64,000 nucleotides of DNA from Escherichia coli (GTDB taxonomy: Bacteria; Pseudomonadota; Gammaproteobacteria; Enterobacterales; Enterobacteriaceae), in the NCBI RefSeq assembly GCF_044324785.1, contig NZ_CP172127.1. One strand, given 5' to 3'. Shown in pieces: positions 61,207 through 64,000 of the stretch (position 1 is its first letter; each line of letters opens with the position of its first letter). The notes under the pieces are model-generated. The model had not been told where the DNA came from, did no database searches, and saw nothing but the letters and a program-made list of their open reading frames with translations. The translations under genes and the position numbers were made by a program.

Positions 61207-61665
61207 GTGTCTCAGCTTTGTCCCTGTGGTAGTGCTGTCGAGTATAGCCTATGTTGCCACCCTTATGTGTCTGGTGAAAAGGTTGCACCTGATCCAGAAC
61301 ATCTCATGCGTTCGCGTTACTGCGCTTTTGTGATGCAAGACGCAGATTATTTAATAAAGACCTGGCATCCATCTTGTGGAGCGGCGGCGTTACGTGCCGA
61401 ATTGATTGCCGGATTTGCGCATACTGAATGGTTGGGATTGACCGTATTTGAACATTGTTGGCAGGACGGCGACAATATCGGTTTTGTCAGTTTTGTTGCG
61501 CGATTTACCGAAGGTGGCAAAACAGGTGCAATCATTGAACGTTCGCGATTTTTGAAAGAAAACGGTCAATGGTACTATATTGACGGTACACGTCCGCAGT
61601 TTGGCCGCAACGATCCCTGCCCTTGTGGTTCAGGTAAAAAATTTAAAAAGTGCTGCGGCCAATAA
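61207..61665 (+). CDS. ychJ: YchJ (UPF0225), with SEC-C-like CPCGS...CC motifs at both termini
   Basis: ORF 61186..61665 trimmed to a GTG start at (M)[19 protein letters not shown]...; C-terminal [13 protein letters not shown]. Confidence 0.8.
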   Translation: MSQLCPCGSAVEYSLCCHPYVSGEKVAPDPEHLMRSRYCAFVMQDADYLIKTWHPSCGAAALRAELIAGFAHTEWLGLTVFEHCWQDGDNIGFVSFVARFTEGGKTGAIIERSRFLKENGQWYYIDGTRPQFGRNDPCPCGSGKKFKKCCGQ

Positions 61666-61714
61666 TGGTTGACGGTACGGTTTAGCAAACACTCTCAACA
61701 AGGTTTTTCCAGCA

Positions 61715-62557
61715 ATGCAATCACTCCAACGTAAAGTTCTGCGTACTATTTGTCCGGACCAAAAAGGTCTGATCGCACGTATTACCAATATTTGCTACAA
61801 GCACGAGTTAAATATCGTACAGAACAATGAATTTGTTGATCACCGTACCGGGCGCTTTTTTATGCGCACGGAACTGGAAGGAATTTTTAATGATTCCACC
61901 CTGCTGGCGGATCTCGACAGCGCATTGCCAGAAGGCTCCGTACGTGAGCTGAATCCTGCTGGTCGTCGCCGGATAGTGATTCTGGTCACTAAAGAGGCGC
62001 ATTGCCTTGGCGATTTGTTGATGAAAGCCAATTACGGCGGCCTGGATGTCGAAATCGCGGCAGTTATTGGTAACCACGATACTTTACGTTCTCTGGTTGA
62101 GCGTTTTGATATTCCGTTTGAGCTGGTAAGTCATGAAGGATTAAGCCGCAACGAGCACGATCAAAAGATGGCGGATGCCATTGATGCTTATCAGCCTGAC
62201 TACGTGGTGCTGGCGAAGTATATGCGGGTATTAACGCCAGAATTTGTGGCACGCTTCCCGAATAAGATCATCAATATTCACCATTCATTCCTGCCAGCGT
62301 TTATCGGCGCACGTCCTTATCACCAGGCCTATGAACGTGGCGTGAAGATTATTGGCGCAACCGCTCACTATGTGAATGACAATCTGGACGAAGGTCCAAT
62401 CATCATGCAGGACGTTATTCATGTCGATCATACCTACACAGCTGAAGATATGATGCGCGCAGGTCGTGACGTCGAGAAAAACGTCTTAAGTCGCGCACTC
62501 TACAAAGTACTGGCGCAGCGCGTCTTTGTTTACGGTAATCGGACGATTATTCTTTAA
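61715..62557 (+). CDS. purU: formyltetrahydrofolate deformylase
   Basis: 280-aa ORF MQSLQRKVLRTICPDQKGLIARITNICYKHELNIVQNNEFVDHRTGRFFMR... (ACT + formyltransferase domains). Confidence 0.95.
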   Translation: MQSLQRKVLRTICPDQKGLIARITNICYKHELNIVQNNEFVDHRTGRFFMRTELEGIFNDSTLLADLDSALPEGSVRELNPAGRRRIVILVTKEAHCLGDLLMKANYGGLDVEIAAVIGNHDTLRSLVERFDIPFELVSHEGLSRNEHDQKMADAIDAYQPDYVVLAKYMRVLTPEFVARFPNKIINIHHSFLPAFIGARPYHQAYERGVKIIGATAHYVNDNLDEGPIIMQDVIHVDHTYTAEDMMRAGRDVEKNVLSRALYKVLAQRVFVYGNRTIIL

Positions 62558-62638
62558 TCGCCAGCAAAAATAACTGGTTACCTTTAATCCGTTACGGATG
62601 AAAATTACGCAACCAGTTCATTTTTCTCAACGTAACAC

Positions 62639-62666
62639 TTTACAGCGGCGCGTCATTTGATATGAT
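62639..62666 (+). promoter_or_regulatory. tyrT promoter (-35 TTTACA 62639..62644; -10 TATGAT 62661..62666) with GC-rich discriminator
   Basis: aacactttacagcggcgcgtcatttgatatgatgcgccccgcttcc; predicted start about 40 nt before the mature tRNA 5' end. Confidence 0.8.
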
Positions 62667-62715
62667 GCGCCCCGCTTCCCGATGAGGGAGCAGGCCAGTA
62701 AAAAGCATTACCCCG

Positions 62716-62800
<85 letters not shown>

Positions 62801-63000
62801 ATCACTTTCAAAAGTCCGTGAACTCTCAAACGAATCCGCGATTAAATATTCTGCCCATGCGGGGAAGGATGGGAAGCTTCGACCAAGGTGCGACTCGAGC
62901 GCCAGCGAGAAAGCGTTGCCGCAGGCAACGACCCGAAGGGTGAAGCGCGCAGCGCTGAGTAATCCTTCCCCCACCACCATCACTTCCTGTAAATACTCAA
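62801..63000 (+). repeat. tRNA-distal repeat region (rtT-like): about one unit ending in a second copy of the tRNA 3' segment aatccttcccccaccacca (62971..62989)
   Basis: 3' end of the tRNA (62782..62800) recurs 189 nt downstream; partial third similarity (tcactt, attctgccca) after that. Confidence 0.6.
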
Positions 63001-63046
63001 AACCAGTTACTCCGAGCTAATTCTGCCCAATGGCACCGCGTTTACC

Positions 63047-63098
63047 GGACCTACAATATCCATCCCTGTAGGTCGGATAAGCGAAGCGCATCCGACAA
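63047..63098. repeat. REP-like (repetitive extragenic palindromic) element
   Basis: cctacaatatccatccctgtaggtcggataagcgaagcgcatccgacaa; gtcggat/atccgac inverted repeat, matches REP consensus pattern. Confidence 0.6.
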
Positions 63099-63119
63099 CT
63101 CACCCCGTACCGTGCCCAT

Positions 63120-63143
63120 AAAAAACCCCGCCGAAGCGGGGTC
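63120..63143 (-). terminator. rho-independent terminator of the narGHJI operon
   Basis: On the minus strand, accccgc-ttcg-gcggggt followed by ttttt. Confidence 0.8.
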
Positions 63144-63162
63144 TATGCAAACTAAAATTCGC

Positions 63163-63840
63163 TTAGTGACGAGCGCGCACCAGCTGATACTTACGTGTCA
63201 GATACTCCACCGGTACGCTCCAGATGTGCACCAGACGTGAGAACGGGAACAGCAAGAATAACGTCATCCCCAGCACCAGGTGCAGACGGAAGATAAACGC
63301 CACGCCATCAAGATGTTGAGAAGCGCCACCGTGGAAGGTCACCACCGACTGCGCCCAGCCAACCAGTTTCATCATCTCGCTACCGTCCATATGCTGGGCG
63401 GAGAACGGAATGGTCAGCAAGCCCAGAGCGCATTGGATAACCAGCAGAGACAGGATCAGGATATCCGCTCCGGTAGTCGTTGCACGCACGCGTGGGCTGA
63501 ACAGACGACGTTTCAGCAACAGCACGCCGCCAATCAGACACAGCACGCCGCTGGCACCACCAGCAAACATCGCCATTTTCTGTTTCACTTCAATCGGCAG
63601 CCAGGCTTCATACATCCAGTGCGGCGTCAGCATACCGAAGAAGTGACCGACAAAAATCCCCAGAATACCGATATGGAACAGGTTCGACGCCAGGTTCATC
63701 CCTTTGCGATCCAGCATCTGGCTGGACGCCGCGCGCCAGGTGTACTGCCCGTAGTCATAACGTAGCCAGCTACCAATCAGGAAGACCGCCCCGGCTATGT
63801 ACGGGTAGATATCAAAGAAGAACATATTCAGGAATTGCAT
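63163..63840 (-). CDS. narI: respiratory nitrate reductase gamma subunit
   Basis: 225-aa [61 protein letters not shown]... Confidence 0.95.
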   Translation of the reverse strand: MQFLNMFFFDIYPYIAGAVFLIGSWLRYDYGQYTWRAASSQMLDRKGMNLASNLFHIGILGIFVGHFFGMLTPHWMYEAWLPIEVKQKMAMFAGGASGVLCLIGGVLLLKRRLFSPRVRATTTGADILILSLLVIQCALGLLTIPFSAQHMDGSEMMKLVGWAQSVVTFHGGASQHLDGVAFIFRLHLVLGMTLFLLFPFSRLVHIWSVPVEYLTRKYQLVRARH

Positions 63841-64000
63841 TAGTGCTGTCCTCCGGTGGTGATATTCAGATATTGCGGCGCGACGGCACCGGCAAAGCGA
63901 CGTTGATGGGCAGTGATGGCTGAATCACCGCAGCCTTTGTCAGCAAAGAATTTAACCTGCTCTTCTTCCCAGACGGCATCCAGCGCCTGCGGCGTATCGT
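63840..64000 (-). CDS. narJ: nitrate reductase chaperone NarJ (3' partial; the N-terminal part lies beyond the window end)
   Basis: Hand translation of the open minus-strand frame: ...[52 protein letters not shown]; TAATG stop/start overlap with narI. Confidence 0.85.
   Translation of the reverse strand, partial: DTPQALDAVWEEEQVKFFADKGCGDSAITAHQRRFAGAVAPQYLNITTGGQH

Overview
This window reads as a near-colinear Escherichia coli chromosomal segment of about 64 kb (K-12-like order fabI → rnb → pdeR → pyrF → lapAB → acnA → cysB → topA → sohB → cobO → rluB → trpLEDCBA → ompW → tonB → kch → clsA → oppFDCBA → adhE → tdk → hns → galU → rssBA → purU → tRNA-Tyr → narIJ). All assignments come from reading the supplied six-frame translations and the DNA itself and recognising well-known E. 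coli proteins and sites from memory; no database search or computation was run, and boundaries where I trimmed an ORF to a downstream start are approximate. About 60 core CDSs appear intact, with one tRNA, the classic trp promoter/operator/leader/attenuator, the tyrT promoter, a tonB Fur-box region, several hairpin terminators and a REP-like element. I see no CRISPR array, rRNA, IS element, integrase or prophage. The one clearly non-core stretch, and my best candidate for an undescribed system, is a strongly AT-rich ~1.5 kb islet (23270..24810) wedged between the convergent cobO and rluB genes. It carries a tightly coupled two-gene operon on the minus strand: a 333-aa predicted lipoprotein followed by a 102-aa cytoplasmic-looking protein; I could not assign a family to either. 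Secondary observations are a single tRNA-Tyr gene with a shortened downstream repeat region (K-12, as I recall, has tandem tyrT-tyrV), a (GGN)n tract at the 3' end of yciQ, and operator-like repeats upstream of yciG.
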